Shown: positions 40,394-53,306, numbered from the stretch's first letter. The stretch: DNA of 64,000 nucleotides from Adineta vaga (GCA_021613535.1 CP075492.1:3348001-3412000), one strand, 5' to 3'. Translations and numbers: made by a program. The notes: generated by a model from the letters alone, not told the origin.

Positions 40394-41071
40394 TTATTCA
40401 TTTATCAAATTAGGAAGAAATTTAAGTGATTCATGATATCCATAGCGTTTTGGAATCATCCAATCTGGACCATATTGTTCAACTAAGAACTGTTTGGGAG
40501 CTATTCGAAAATATTGTTTATACATTTGAAATATCATTGGTTGAAAATCTGAAAACCACCAACAACATTTTCGATATTTCATTTTATTACATCTTCCATT
40601 ATAAGATGCTGTCCACCAGGTAAATGTTTCATTCTGCAGAAGATTTGCGTGATAAAATACAAATATACCAAAATGTAATTTCGAACGAGGACATGCTAAT
40701 GTCCAACCTTGACCATGTGATCGATTTCCATAATTTACAAGTAATTGAAAACCATGTTGACGAATAGTTGAAAGAAATTTCTTATCTGTAATATTATTAA
40801 ATTGTAAATCATCAATAAATATTCCAATATCGATATCATCCGATATGAAATGATTTGATCGATAATACATTAATGCTGTACCAAATGCAAGAAACCAAGG
40901 TAATGATAGATTTGAAAATGTCTTTTGAGCATCGAGTAAACATTGAGTGAATTTATCTAATGGAGGATTAGAAGTTTGAGTTGATTGAAAAGATGAATAT
41001 ACCATAAAATATGTGATGATTAGAATAACTCCCGTGATCAATAGAATAAAACGACGATTTGTATACAACAT
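40394..41071 (-). CDS. LicD/fukutin-family nucleotidyltransferase-like type II membrane protein, copy 1
   Basis: N-terminal TM, WFLAFGTALMYYR, SDDIDIG (DxD), FLVEQYGPDWMIP. Confidence 0.8.
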   Translation of the reverse strand: MLYTNRRFILLITGVILIITYFMVYSSFQSTQTSNPPLDKFTQCLLDAQKTFSNLSLPWFLAFGTALMYYRSNHFISDDIDIGIFIDDLQFNNITDKKFLSTIRQHGFQLLVNYGNRSHGQGWTLACPRSKLHFGIFVFYHANLLQNETFTWWTASYNGRCNKMKYRKCCWWFSDFQPMIFQMYKQYFRIAPKQFLVEQYGPDWMIPKRYGYHESLKFLPNLINE

Positions 41072-42745
41072 TGTTTCTATAGTAGTAGAAATACCTAGAA
41101 ACAAAAAAGTGTTATAGGCAAAATTAAACTTGATGATCAAACTTCGTTCTTAACTAAGGCGCAAAATAAAATACCGCCCTTTTTCATCCGATTTGAAACA
41201 ACGTTTATTCATCAATTTGAAGAAAATACTTCAATTACCTATCATTCCGTAGCAATTATTACTGCTGATCTTGAGAATATTAAATCGATTTCTAAATTCT
41301 ATATCTTCTTTACGGAATTACTACGTTACAAACAACGATGAAAATCATAACTTAATCTAAAATTCAATTGTTTTCAAAAATAAAGAATAGATAATCGAGA
41401 ACCTAACACTGAAAAATTTCTACAAAATAAATGTTTATTCTCATTAAATATATTATTACCAGATTCTGAATTCTCTTCCTGTTTGATGTAACTTTTTTTG
41501 CATGAGAAAGACATTTTTCTATTCATACTACACACTAGACAAAGATAATGGAAATCTTTTTTTTCTAAATAACTTTGATAATAACTTATTTCGTTGGACC
41601 ATGAATTGTTTTTAAACATCCTTTTCTCATATGTATCTAACATATTTGTTTTTAACTACGCTTTATATATGTTATGCCATTTTCCTATTGTTATTCTTCT
41701 TTTCATCCTTGTGTTTTATTCAAAGGAAAAGAAAAACGAATATAATTAACTGAATTATGTTAACGATATCTTATCGATATATATTTCGATGAATATTAGT
41801 TCATCCACTAACATCTGAAAAATCTTGATCAAACAGATTTTATGATGAAATATCAACAGATTTGTATTTGAAAAGAAAAAAAATCATCTATACTGTATGG
41901 TCATATATGGTATATCCTATTGTTTAATGTTTCTCCATATGACAAAATCGTGAAGGTCATAAGTTCTATTTATGTTGTATTGTAAATATTATTATAAACA
42001 TTGATCGTATAGGGGTTGAACTCAAGAGTGTTTCATTTAGAAAACTTCATAAAAACTATAAAGTTTCGTTCAAGGATAACGTCAGATAAAAAAAAAATTT
42101 CTTTACACATGTTTATCTTCTAATACTTCTTCTCTCTCTCTCTCTCGTGATTGAAGGAATTAATAATTTAGCGATTTTTACGTGAGAAAATGCTCGAATA
42201 TCAATATTTCTTGATGTCATTGTCCATTGATTGATACATGATAAAAAAAAGTATCACTTCTTGATAATGCTGACGTTGCCTGAATTGAATCTATTCAAAA
42301 TTTACAATAAAATGAAGTTCTTATTACATCAGAATTACAATCAGTTAAACATCGAGTGATAAAAAGACAATATGTATTGCAAGTAAATTCATAAAAGTAT
42401 TGCCAACAATATAATATGAACAGGACTTTTGTCGATAATTACGTCGAACAAGAACAAATAAATAGAATTTCGGAAAAGAAGCCGGACTGATACAATTCTT
42501 GAGTTTAACTTAAAATTATTTTCTCTTTGCTTTTTTATAATATTGAATTCTATTTCAGATCATGCGTTTAGGGTTTCTTCTAGAAATCATAAAAAATAAC
42601 AATATTGTTACCGTGTTTATTAAAATCTTTTTCGTTTTATTTCCATAGAAATCTAATTTATTTTAGAAACATAAGAAAAAAAACAGTGAAATATCGTTCG
42701 TCTAAAATATGATGTTGTTTCTTGTAGTTAATATTGATTTCAGTA

Positions 42746-44161
42746 TTAGATCTGTTGAAAATATCGATGTTTTTCCCAATCAGTCACAGCTTTCTCATAT
42801 GCATCTTGTTCGTTACGATAAAAAATAGTATAATGATTAACAATATGATCACCAAATGTTTCTCGAGCAAATTTACTCTTTTCAAATAGATCAATTGCTT
42901 CTGTGAGTGTTCGAGGAATCTGTGGTAGATTTTGAGTTTCATATGCATTTCCATCACATATTGGTGGAAGTGATAGTTGATCTTGAATTCCACGTAATCC
43001 TGAAGCTAAAACAGCAGTAAACACCAGATAAATATTACAATCAGCACCTGGAAGTCGAAATTCGATTCGTAATGATTGACCTTTTCCTAAAACACGATAT
43101 GTCGCTGTACGATTGTCATGACTCCATGAAACATTTGTTGGCGCATAAGATTTCGGAGTAAGACGCTTATAACTATTGATCGTCGGTGCATAGAAGACCA
43201 TCATATCCGGTGTATATTTCATTAAACCAGCTAAGAAAGATTTGAATAATGAACTACATTTAAAATTAGCACCAGGAATAGTTTCATCACCAACAAAAAC
43301 ATTTTTTCCATCAATAGAATTAATCAAACTAAGATGAACATGACAACCACTACCGATTTCATCAGGAAATGGTTTTGCCATAAATGTTATTGACATATTT
43401 AATTGATCAGCAATTTCTTTAAGACATTGTTTATAAGTAACATGTCGATCAGCCATCGAAAGAACATCACAATATTTGACATTCAATTCATGTTGACCTT
43501 TTCCACCTTCAAGTTCACTACTTTCAATTGGAACACCACTTGCTTTGAGATGATGTCGAAATAATGCCGTGTATTTTTCTTCATGTGCTGCTTGTAATAA
43601 TTGATAATCAGTAAAATGATCAGCAGTTCGTTTCATTTTCAATGGATCATAATTGACTTGACATGCATGACGATAACTATTTTCAAATGTATAATATTCT
43701 AATTCACTTGCACTTAATACTTTATATGAGAGCTTTTCTAATGCAGCGAGTTGTTGTTGTACAAGCGTTCGTGGTGCAATTGTTAAAAGTTCATTATTAC
43801 TATAAATATCACACATTACATTTGCTGTTTTATCTTTCCACGATAATAATCTTAATGATTTCATATCAGGCATTAAGAGAATATCACTGAATCTCAATTC
43901 AAAAGCATCACAATTGTATCTTAGATCTCGTTGCATATCCATACCACACATAAATAAATGATCACTACAATGTGTGCCATGATGAACGGTAGATTCGAGA
44001 AAAAATTCTCCATCTATTGTTTTACCCATTAGACGACCATACATATCAGGAAATGACATGGTCACTTGAGTTATATCGCCATTCTTGATACGTTCACGTA
44101 ACTCATTTAACGTTAACATACCTGTGACAGTGTTTAATTGAGATGAATTTGTTTCTGCCAT
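42746..44161 (-). CDS. Glutamine-synthetase-like gamma-glutamyl ligase of bacterial type (GlnA4/PuuA-like), intronless and intact
   Basis: FPDMYGRLMGK, ASELEY, EGGKGQHELN, TFMAKP..GSGCHVHLS, APTINSYKR, WSHDNRT, RIEFRLPGADCNIY, C-terminal VTDWEKHRYF. Confidence 0.88.
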   Translation of the reverse strand: MAETNSSQLNTVTGMLTLNELRERIKNGDITQVTMSFPDMYGRLMGKTIDGEFFLESTVHHGTHCSDHLFMCGMDMQRDLRYNCDAFELRFSDILLMPDMKSLRLLSWKDKTANVMCDIYSNNELLTIAPRTLVQQQLAALEKLSYKVLSASELEYYTFENSYRHACQVNYDPLKMKRTADHFTDYQLLQAAHEEKYTALFRHHLKASGVPIESSELEGGKGQHELNVKYCDVLSMADRHVTYKQCLKEIADQLNMSITFMAKPFPDEIGSGCHVHLSLINSIDGKNVFVGDETIPGANFKCSSLFKSFLAGLMKYTPDMMVFYAPTINSYKRLTPKSYAPTNVSWSHDNRTATYRVLGKGQSLRIEFRLPGADCNIYLVFTAVLASGLRGIQDQLSLPPICDGNAYETQNLPQIPRTLTEAIDLFEKSKFARETFGDHIVNHYTIFYRNEQDAYEKAVTDWEKHRYFQQI

Positions 44162-46161
44162 ATCAAATTTAATAATGATAATTTCGATCTAAAAGTTCAT
44201 TTGAAGAGTATGTTCTAAAACTGTTTTACTATTCAAAATGCGTGCATTTATCGCAAGATATATTATTTTTTACTAATGATCATGAAACAATATCGCAGAA
44301 AAGCAGACATCGATTGATCGTATACTCGAGAAAATCTATGAGAGTCTTTGTACCTGCCTATATCCGGCCTGTCGAATAAGGAATGAGTGCGTACAAAGTT
44401 TTACTCCGTCACTTTAATAATCCTCTCAGTTCGAGGCTGTATAAAAATTATACTCTACGTATTTTTATAATTTATACGTATATAAAATGAAACTTAATTT
44501 ATATTGTGCCTTGTCGACTAATGTAATATGTAGCCGATAATGAACTGCCTTGTCCGTATTTTTAGGTCTTCTTTATTTGCATTCAGGTGATTAAATAATT
44601 TTTTTTACCATTTGTCCCATTCTGTTAAAAGAACTAATCTAATAAAAACAGGGAACGAGCAGAGCGTTAACGTCATTGGCAGAAAACCACTTATTTTATA
44701 CATTCACTGTTTCTCTTCAAACTAAACACAATTTTCTTTGATTAAAATGCAGCCGTGAGAGAGCTTCATAGATTATTACAAAATGCATCTTGTAATGTAC
44801 TTTATATTATGAGAATCAAACATTTTCGCTTCACACCAAAATCAAATATTAATTCTAGATGATTGCAGTTGAGATGATAGGGAATTCGATTTTTGCAGCT
44901 AATTCAAACTATAATAGTAGCATTTTTTCCAAAGAAACGTCATTATATGTAAAGCATTGAATTTTATTAAAGATGAAGAAACACGAACGAGTTTACACTA
45001 AGACGTATAGAGAGTTTTACATATTTAAAATAAATTAAACATATACGTAGCTTTTCATCTTTAAAAAATCGTATGGCAATCTCACAGCCTTTCTTTTAAA
45101 ATGAAATTAATCAGTTCAATTCTTTGAAATTCATGATATAAAAAGAGGAAAATAAGGAACAGAAAGATTGGATAATGGATGGAGAATAGGCATATAATTG
45201 TCATGTTTTCCGGTTGTATGCATGTCTTCCAGTGCTTTTTTTCTGTCAATTATGAAATTTACTGTACATATTCGATGATTTATTCTCTCTCTTCTAAATT
45301 TTCGTATTCTTTTTATCTTCGAGCATTGAATTAAAATGCCTGATGATTGGTAAGAAGCTGAGTGTTGGTGATGTTTTTTGTTTGTTTAACAATTTTCAAA
45401 CGGGTGACTGGATGAGATTGAAGCTCATGATATAAATACTCTCCCAGTGATTCGAAACTACACTCACATCGTCAAGATAGTATTCATATGTCCTTGCATG
45501 TAAAATAACGAAGCGGTCAAAAAACGTTATTCGCTTATATGTTCATTATGAAACAAACAGATTACATAAATTAAGCACTTCTCTTTAAATCTTTTTTTTC
45601 TTCTATTATATACAGTAATATTTAAATGAATTAATTCTTTCATTTACAATTATACGACTAAATGAAAAAACATTCACTGCTAACTTGATGAAATACATGA
45701 CTGAAGGAACGATAAAAAGTATCGTATACATGGAGAATTACATTATCCAACAATGTTTAACATTTATACTTCACCAAGATTTGTCCATATGGAAACACGT
45801 TTTCATCAATCATCTTTCATCACCGAACATCCATAAAAATCATGAAATCAAATATACTATCTTGGCAGTGTGTAAAAGATTTTAGTTATTAGGGCGTCCA
45901 CACTAATATACATTTCATTCAAGATCAATCGAGAGATACTCGCTTCCTTCCATCCGTGCATGCTAATCTTTTGTTCAGATAGAAGGCAACGAGAGTTTAA
46001 CAAATGAAATGTAGTTCGCGAGAGAAGAATGTTAATCATATTTAGTTAAATTAACTCGACAACGACGAAACATACATTTGGGTCCTATTTATTATTGAAG
46101 TTTTAGTAAAATTTCTCTTTTGGCCATCAATCCACTTTCAGCAACAGAAGTACATAAGCAT

Positions 46162-46227
46162 CTTGAGGGTGGGTGCGGGTTTGGATTTGAAATAAACAGA
46201 GAAGCAACACACCCACACTCACCCTTA
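46162..46227. repeat. Short hairpin element, TTGAGGGTG family
   Basis: CTTGAGGGTGGGTGCGGGTTTG ... CACACCCACACTCACCCTTA. Confidence 0.6.
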
Positions 46228-46390
46228 TCTATCTCAGAACCACCTGGGTAAAATTTCACCCACGTCCCACTCCACCCCAGATGACCATGCCAACCATCCG
46301 TCAACTTTCTCTAGGATCTAAGCTTCTACCGTGGAAAGTTTCGTGACGCTAACTATAACAGAGACTGGATGCATAACGAACAGCCAAATT

Positions 46391-49108
46391 TTCGTATTTC
46401 TGCATCTGAGAACACAAACCACATGTCTCAAAGGATTGTTTTGTGAGGTTGTTTTGTCGTGTAAGAATTATATTGTCAACGAGAAAGACAAAAAACTAAA
46501 GTATTTTTTCTTTCACCTAATACTAAATAAACACAATATGCAAAACTTAATCAGAATGCATTCTCTTTTTGTTGTTTCAAGATATGTGATGGTAAATAAT
46601 GAGAGTAAAAAACGTAAGATCGTGCACTTTTTCTTCTGATAAAAAAGACGCGAAATTCGTCATATAAATTCATACAGAATTTTACCAAACATTTCAGATC
46701 ATAAAATCATAATACATTGAAATCGTAACTACATCAAGATGAGTAGTTCAAATCCAATTGATATTATCAATGAAGAAGTGAATTCAGAAAAATGTCGTCG
46801 ATTACTTCAAAAAGTCGATAAAATGCGTGAAATCTTGCATTTAGAAAAGATTGCACTTCCACAAATTGTTGTTGTTGGCGAACAATCAGTATAAAGTCCA
46901 ATGATTGCTATTTTTCATTTGAAAATAATTCGATTTTTTTTTCTTCAGGTAGGAAAATCATCGATATTGGAAGCTATCAGTGGCGTTGAATTACCACGAG
47001 CACAAGGAATTTGTACACGTTGTCCATTGGAATTACGTATCAAACGCGCTCCAGCTGATAAAAAAGATCATGCTACAATTCGATGTGAAGGAGTTGAAGA
47101 AACGACGTTGGAAGATCTTTCACAAATATCTAATGCAGTTGTTCAATGTACGAATCATTTAACTGGTGATGCGATCAGTGTTTCTTCATCACCTATTTTT
47201 CTTACTGTTTACAAACAAAATGTTCAAGATGATTTGACATTGATTGATTTACCAGGTTAGAATTCTTATGATAGAAGAAACAAATGAATAGTATTCGAAT
47301 TCATTATAGGAATTGTTCGTGCACAAGAAAAAGGTCAGAAACCAACAGTTTATCAAGATATTGTTGCATTAATTCATAAATGTGTTGAACCTGGATCAGC
47401 GATTGTTTTACATGTCATTCCATCATGTGTTGACTTTACAACATCTGAATCGATTCAAATCTGTCAACAATATGATCCAAGATGTTCGAAAGAACGATTG
47501 AAATTGTTATAATTCGAATATTTTCATTTTATTTTAGATGAACGACAAATCATTGCAGTTTCTAAAATTGACAAACATGATCAAGGTATTGGAGATAAAC
47601 TACAAGGTGTTGGACCTGGTTCAATCGCTTTCTCATTAGGTTGTGTTGCTGTCCTTAATCGTAAACAAGAAGAAATCGATGCGAACATTTCATTTGAAGA
47701 AATGAGAAGACGAGAACAAGATTTCTTTCGTAAAAATCCAGCATTTAAGAATGTACCGAAAGAATATTTAGGAAGTTATGAATTAGTTAAGAAATTAGTT
47801 TCAGTTCAACAAAATCGAATTCGATCAACATTACCAATAATTATTGAACAAGTTAAACACAGAATTGAATTAGCACGAGAAGAACTTAAACGATTTCCAT
47901 CAGCGATTTTGACAGAAAATGATGCGAGAATTGCTTTTATTGAAATTCTTCGAAGTTATCGAACAGCTGTAGAAAAATGTGCCAAAGGAGATTATGCGAT
48001 CAATACGGAAAAAGCGGGAGAAACATTCGATCCCAAGGCACGTAATAAATGGGATGAACGTATTGCTTTTCATCTGAAAATGATTGGAAAAGAAACTTCA
48101 AATCAAATTCAACAGATTTTATCACAATTTGCTTCGGAAAAACAACGTGGTATAACTTTGAAATTAATTGAAGAAAATTATGGTGGTGGTTTACCGAATT
48201 TTCCAACATTTAATATTATTCAACAATTGTATCAACCATGTCATAAGAAATTGGAAAGACCTTGTAAAGAATTAGTTGTTTGGGTTGAAGATTATATCAC
48301 TTGTTGTCTCATGTATATTTTGGAAAGTGTTTTACCAAAAGAAGCAGCTTATAAACTATCTTTAGGTCAAGAATTAAGTAAAATTATTAAGAAAACTATT
48401 GGAACAAGTAAAGAAAAATGTATGGAACATGTTCAACAAATGTTAGAAATCGAAGAAAAAGTGTTTACTGTTAATCCACAATATATGAATACATTTATGG
48501 AATTAAAAAAACAATCAAGTCAGTTAGAATTTGATTAAACTATGAAATTGATTTTGATTTTGATTTCTATAGCAACAACAACAACAACACCGAATAGTGA
48601 TATAGCAGCTCATGATGCTTTACTTGGTTTAAGAGCTTACTGTTCAATTGTACACGCTCGAATTAATGATCATTTATCTCAACTTTGTGAATATTGGTTT
48701 ATTCGTAATGGTGTTCTTATTCTTGATAATAAGTTAAATACAGCATTGACTCCTTCAGAATTGTTAAAAGTTATGAAGGAATTACCTATTTTAGAACAGA
48801 GAAGAAATGATTTACGACGAACTATTGATGCAATGGAAAGAGCATTGGCTGCAGCAGAAGCGGAATAAAGATTGAAGGAACTCTTTTTTTTCTTTCTTAA
48901 CGAAAGTTAATTTTAATATTAAACATTTGTAGAAGAATAAAATAAATGTATTTATTATATCTCCTCTAGAATAAAATGAGACTAATTGTCGTAGAACTAT
49001 TTGTTTTTCAGTCTTACCGTATCTTTCAATTATATAGAGATCGAAAAAAACTAAACCATCATTAAAAGAGATTGAATAACACATTGTTTACAAATAATAC
49101 AATTAATT
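46391..49108. repeat. Right arm of the ~2.7 kb inverted duplication (partner 33893-36610)
   Basis: Reverse-complement match to the left arm with scattered substitutions and small indels. Confidence 0.9.
46739..48868 (+). CDS. Mx-like dynamin-family GTPase, copy B (5 exons)
   Basis: Same exon structure and motifs as copy A, with about ten amino-acid differences. Confidence 0.9.
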
Positions 49109-49226
49109 CTTACGACAATGAATCGACATTTCCTGCATACGCTATCGATCTATCGAATTTTGATAACGTAATTTTTCAAGGGTATTATTTAATTGATTTC
49201 CTGCTTTCAAAATTCGTACAAATACC

Positions 49227-49270
49227 GAGGGTGAGAGTGAGCATGAATGGTATTTTCACACCTACACCCT
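49227..49270. repeat. Short hairpin element, GAGGGTG family (degenerate)
   Basis: GAGGGTGAGAGTGA ... TCACACCTACACCCT. Confidence 0.5.
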
Positions 49271-49558
49271 ATTATGAATTTCAAGATAATTCGCTCTGTA
49301 TCAGTTTATACCAGAAATCTGTGAGTTAGATAAAAAATCGCCTCGATAAAATTTTAATATGAAAAATGATCTTTAATAATCTGTAAGAATATATTAGTTA
49401 AGAAAAAAAAGAAAACGATTATTAGAATGAAAAACAGAAATAACTATACGCTTTTCGAAACTCAAATGATAAGTCATGCAAAAGAAAAGATACTAAAAGA
49501 AATGTAAATGAAAAGTCTGTCACGAATTGCTATTTTACTGCTCATATATTGATCTTCA

Positions 49559-50358
49559 TTATCCAGAGCTAGATGTGCAACAACAACGATAGCCACCATA
49601 AGGAGTATCGCAAACACCACGATTCGCAGAATAAAAAATACCAATACTAGTAGTATAATCACCATAAAAATTAGTACAATTGCGTCCAATAGATGCAGCA
49701 ATACTACAGCTATAAATAGCACCATTAAGAGCACTGACAGCATCAGCACTATAATCATAAGTAGGATAGTCGCTACCAGGAGCACCACTACTAAGGCTTC
49801 CATTACAAAATCTATCGCACGAATAATAACCAGCATGTTCTTCAAAAATTCCAGTTGCATTAGTAAATTTTTTACGAATATCAATACTACAAGCAGAACA
49901 CGATGGTTTTGTCACTGCAATAAAAAAAGAAGATTTAAAAAATGTCAGTTCTCATCACTTCAAGTTTATCATTATCCATAACATGATATTTCCTCCGGAA
50001 AAAACCTGTGTGTTAACGAACATAATAAGTCAGTTGACACCATTAACTGACCTGGTAGTTCTCGTTGTGAAAGGTAAATTGGGAGTAAGCTAACTATGAT
50101 TACTGTTGCAATTATTAGCAGGATAAGACCGATGCATATAAAAGATGCCACAATGGCGGACGAACCATGCCAACGTCTATAAGTACAACAATAGTGAAAA
50201 TAAAAGATCAATTTAATTTATTATTTTATGATTAATACACTAAAGCGTTAGAGTTTAGTACCAATGAACTTAATTAAAATGTTAATTGCAGAAAGAATAC
50301 AAGTGTGATATTACGATTGTGGTGGTGCAGCACCGCGTTGATCGCGTAAATTGAGCAT
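49559..50358 (-). CDS. Small type II membrane protein with Cys-rich extracellular domain (3 exons), unknown function
   Basis: MLNLRDQRGAAPPQS / RWHGSS-TM-(SLLPIYL)SQRELP / VTKPSCSAC...YRCCCTSSSG*, using the GTCAGT donor after CCA G; phases are compatible. Confidence 0.6.
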
Positions 50359-50440
50359 AATTCTTCTTTTTGTTATTGTCGGCGATTTTTCACGTCCAAT
50401 ATCGATTGAAATCAAGAATTCAAATAATAGTTACAAGAAA

Positions 50441-50689
50441 AAGTCCCGAAGTGATGACTCGAGTTAATGATTGACTTTGCTATGATTGCTACAGCGAGTA
50501 CCGTGATGTCAACTATAGCAGAACTTTCCAAAAGAAACCATTATATACTAGTTATCTTAATCTAAAAGTTCTCAGACTTTTATACAATGGTTTCTTTTGG
50601 ACAATCCTACCATAGTTGACATCGGGATACTCGATGTAGTCAATCACCGTAAAGTCAGTCTTTAACTCGAGTCATCACTCTGGGATCTT
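50441..50689. mobile_element. Long foldback element (arms ~105 bp), MITE-like
   Basis: AGTGATGACTCGAGTTAA..GATGTCAACTAT..TCCAAAAGAAACCATT pairs with AATGGTTTCTTTTGGA..ATAGTTGACATC..TTAACTCGAGTCATCACT; weaker outer pairing about 50388-50726. Confidence 0.75.
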
Positions 50690-51524
50690 CCCTTCTTAGT
50701 ATATTCATAATGTTGGACGAGGAAATATATCTACACTCTGATGTTGTCTACTGAAACAATCATCTTTATGTTATATTGTTAATTTAGACTAGACACCAAT
50801 TGAGTTATAACTGAAATTCATTTATGTCCTTCCTGCAGAAAGAGAGAGAGAAAGAGAAGTCAAGCAAGGTTATACAAATGAGGAAAAAACATGATGATAT
50901 CACGGTTACACAATACAATTATTGACAATTCGTTATAGTTCGAGAAATGAACAAAAAAGAACTAAAAACGCCAAGGAAAAAAAAGTGAATTATAGTTACA
51001 TGGTATAAAGAGAACCGTATAGGACGAAAATTGATATATAGATATATGCACACAAAATACAATTATAATATCACTTATACAAATCAAAAATAACATTGAG
51101 AATCAGAGAAGCAAACTTGTCCAGTACATATTTTATAATAAAGAAATACAATCTACTAAATACTTTTTCTTTGATTTATTTTATCAGAAATCTGAAACAA
51201 AAATTGAATGTATTTGATTTTTTTTTTGAAGTTTCGTAAATTCGAGACATCCAAGAAACGAAATTTCCGAATGTTGACGGATTGAGAAGTATCACCCCGT
51301 CGTTGTTGAGACATTTCTAGATCAAATTCAAATATACTGATGGATTCGAGTTAAAACAAACACATTTGATTAACATATCAAAATGTTATATGAATAAAAC
51401 AATAACATTTAAATTATATAAAGACAACGAAAACGAAAGAAAAAAATGATCATAATGGTAATTATACAATTATTTTATTTGTTCCAATTATTTTCACGTT
51501 TTTTTTCAATTGATATAAAATCTT

Positions 51525-52085
51525 CAGTTACATTTGATGAATTGTTTGATTATACAATTTATCCATTATTAAGTTTTTCACCTGATGATATCCATTAAGG
51601 AATAATAATATTGAAAATAAAAAATCTTCATCCAATAATTAAACCAATATGGTCATCAAGTGGAAATTGAAGATGAAATTTCTTTAGATTTTACATTGTT
51701 AAATAATGATTCATTATTTTATTTAGCTACATTTAATAAAGATAATCAATTAGATGATTATTGGAAAGATGCTATTCAATAAAATCCGCCATAGACCTTT
51801 ATCTTTACCTGGAAAAGATATTCTTTATAGCGTTGATAGTTTTGTTAATGACGGAATTGTTAATCCACAACGACTTGCTGTTGCTGGTTATAGTTATGAC
51901 AGATTTTTAACAAATTGGTCAATTACACAAGCAAACCGTTTCGATGTTGCTTTATCTGGTTCTATGGTGCAGTAGATCACACTTCTACATGGAGAACATT
52001 AGATATGTCCAGTACTTATTGAAAATTTATTTCGAGGTTTTCCATGAGATGTACCACATTTATATCAAGAAAAATCACCTATTGC
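51525..52085 (+). pseudogene. Relic of an S9 (prolyl oligopeptidase/acylaminoacyl peptidase) gene
   Basis: DIL..VD..V..GIVNPQRLAVAGYSYDRFLTNWSITQANRF (GYSYGG degenerated), then LFRGFP*DVPHLYQEKSPI; stops, frameshifts and large deletions. Confidence 0.7.
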
Positions 52086-53257
52086 ACATTGTTGCTAAAT
52101 ACTGCTAAAATGTCGCGAATATATCAACAGAAACAGCTGGCTTACGAGCGAGTGAATTTCTATTAGAAGACTTGAGCCGTTTCAGTACAAAAAGGGCAAT
52201 GACTGCATGCTTTGTATTCTCTTGAAATTTAATATTTTCTTTACATTTTATTGCACTTTCGCAAATTATGTATATAGCTAATCTTATAAGACTTTTGAAA
52301 AAACGTTTCTACGAGAAAGAACTAAATTAGTTTATAGATGAACGTTATCCGTTTATAATAGAATATTATCGAGTCATTTGTGAACTGTTTCGTATTCTCT
52401 TTGTCAATGTATAGAATCATTTGCCTATTACATATACTTTTCAAAAGTTGTTATTTTATAGGAATTGTATTTTATTTTATTTGACGATGTCATAAAAATG
52501 ATAAGATACCGATAGAGATGATAGATATATGATAATTATTTGTTCTGGTTTATCAATTTGTATAACCTATCAACTATCATCACATTTATTTGATTAATAT
52601 CAATGTACCTAACAACAAATATAACTTCGCTTCTATTGAATATTTTTGTTTGACTGTATCAATATTGAATTAACATTGAAATCTCATTCTCTTGCTTTGT
52701 TTCGAAACTTATATTCAGGAAACTACAATCTGAAATATTTTGTTCATGATCTTATAGTATATATTACCGATTATTATCATAAACTTTTCGAATTCTTTGA
52801 CAGACATGAAATAGGTGAGTTATTAATAATATGAATAAACTATCTTCATTCTTTTAGAATATCAATATAATCTCGAAGTTCTTTCGTTCTACTAACGAGA
52901 GAAAAGTGAGTTGATAATTAACTGACGTTGAGATTTGGTCTTCTTATAACTATACTTCACTTTCTAATTCAAATCTATTGACAACAGTCTATATATGTGA
53001 CTGGTGTCATTGGTAATATGTTTATTTCCATTGGTTACTTTACACAATTGACAATTATGCTTTTCTTATATATATATATGTTGCACATTTGATATATATT
53101 GTCGATGGCTAGTCAAAATCACCATTAAGAGTTGCTTGGGAAAACGATTATAATTCAAATCATTCGTTTGGTATCATATCTATTTTTTAGTGCCTCATTT
53201 TATGTTTCGATCATTTCTTTAACTGGCTTTCGAGATCAAATCTTACGTGCAACTTGA

Positions 53258-53306
53258 TTGAGGATGTGGATGAGTTTATGAAACTCGCGGCCATATTCAC
53301 CCTCAA
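53258..53306. repeat. Short hairpin element, TTGAGG family
   Basis: TTGAGGATGTGGATGAGTTT ... AAACTCGCGGCCATATTCACCCTCAA. Confidence 0.55.

Noticed and set aside
38312-44161. Microbial contamination
   Set aside because: Base composition matches the host and the genes are contiguous with intron-containing animal-type genes.
33893-49108. Composite transposon with Mx arms as terminal repeats
   Set aside because: No transposase, integrase or target-site duplication seen; the arms are ordinary intron-containing genes.
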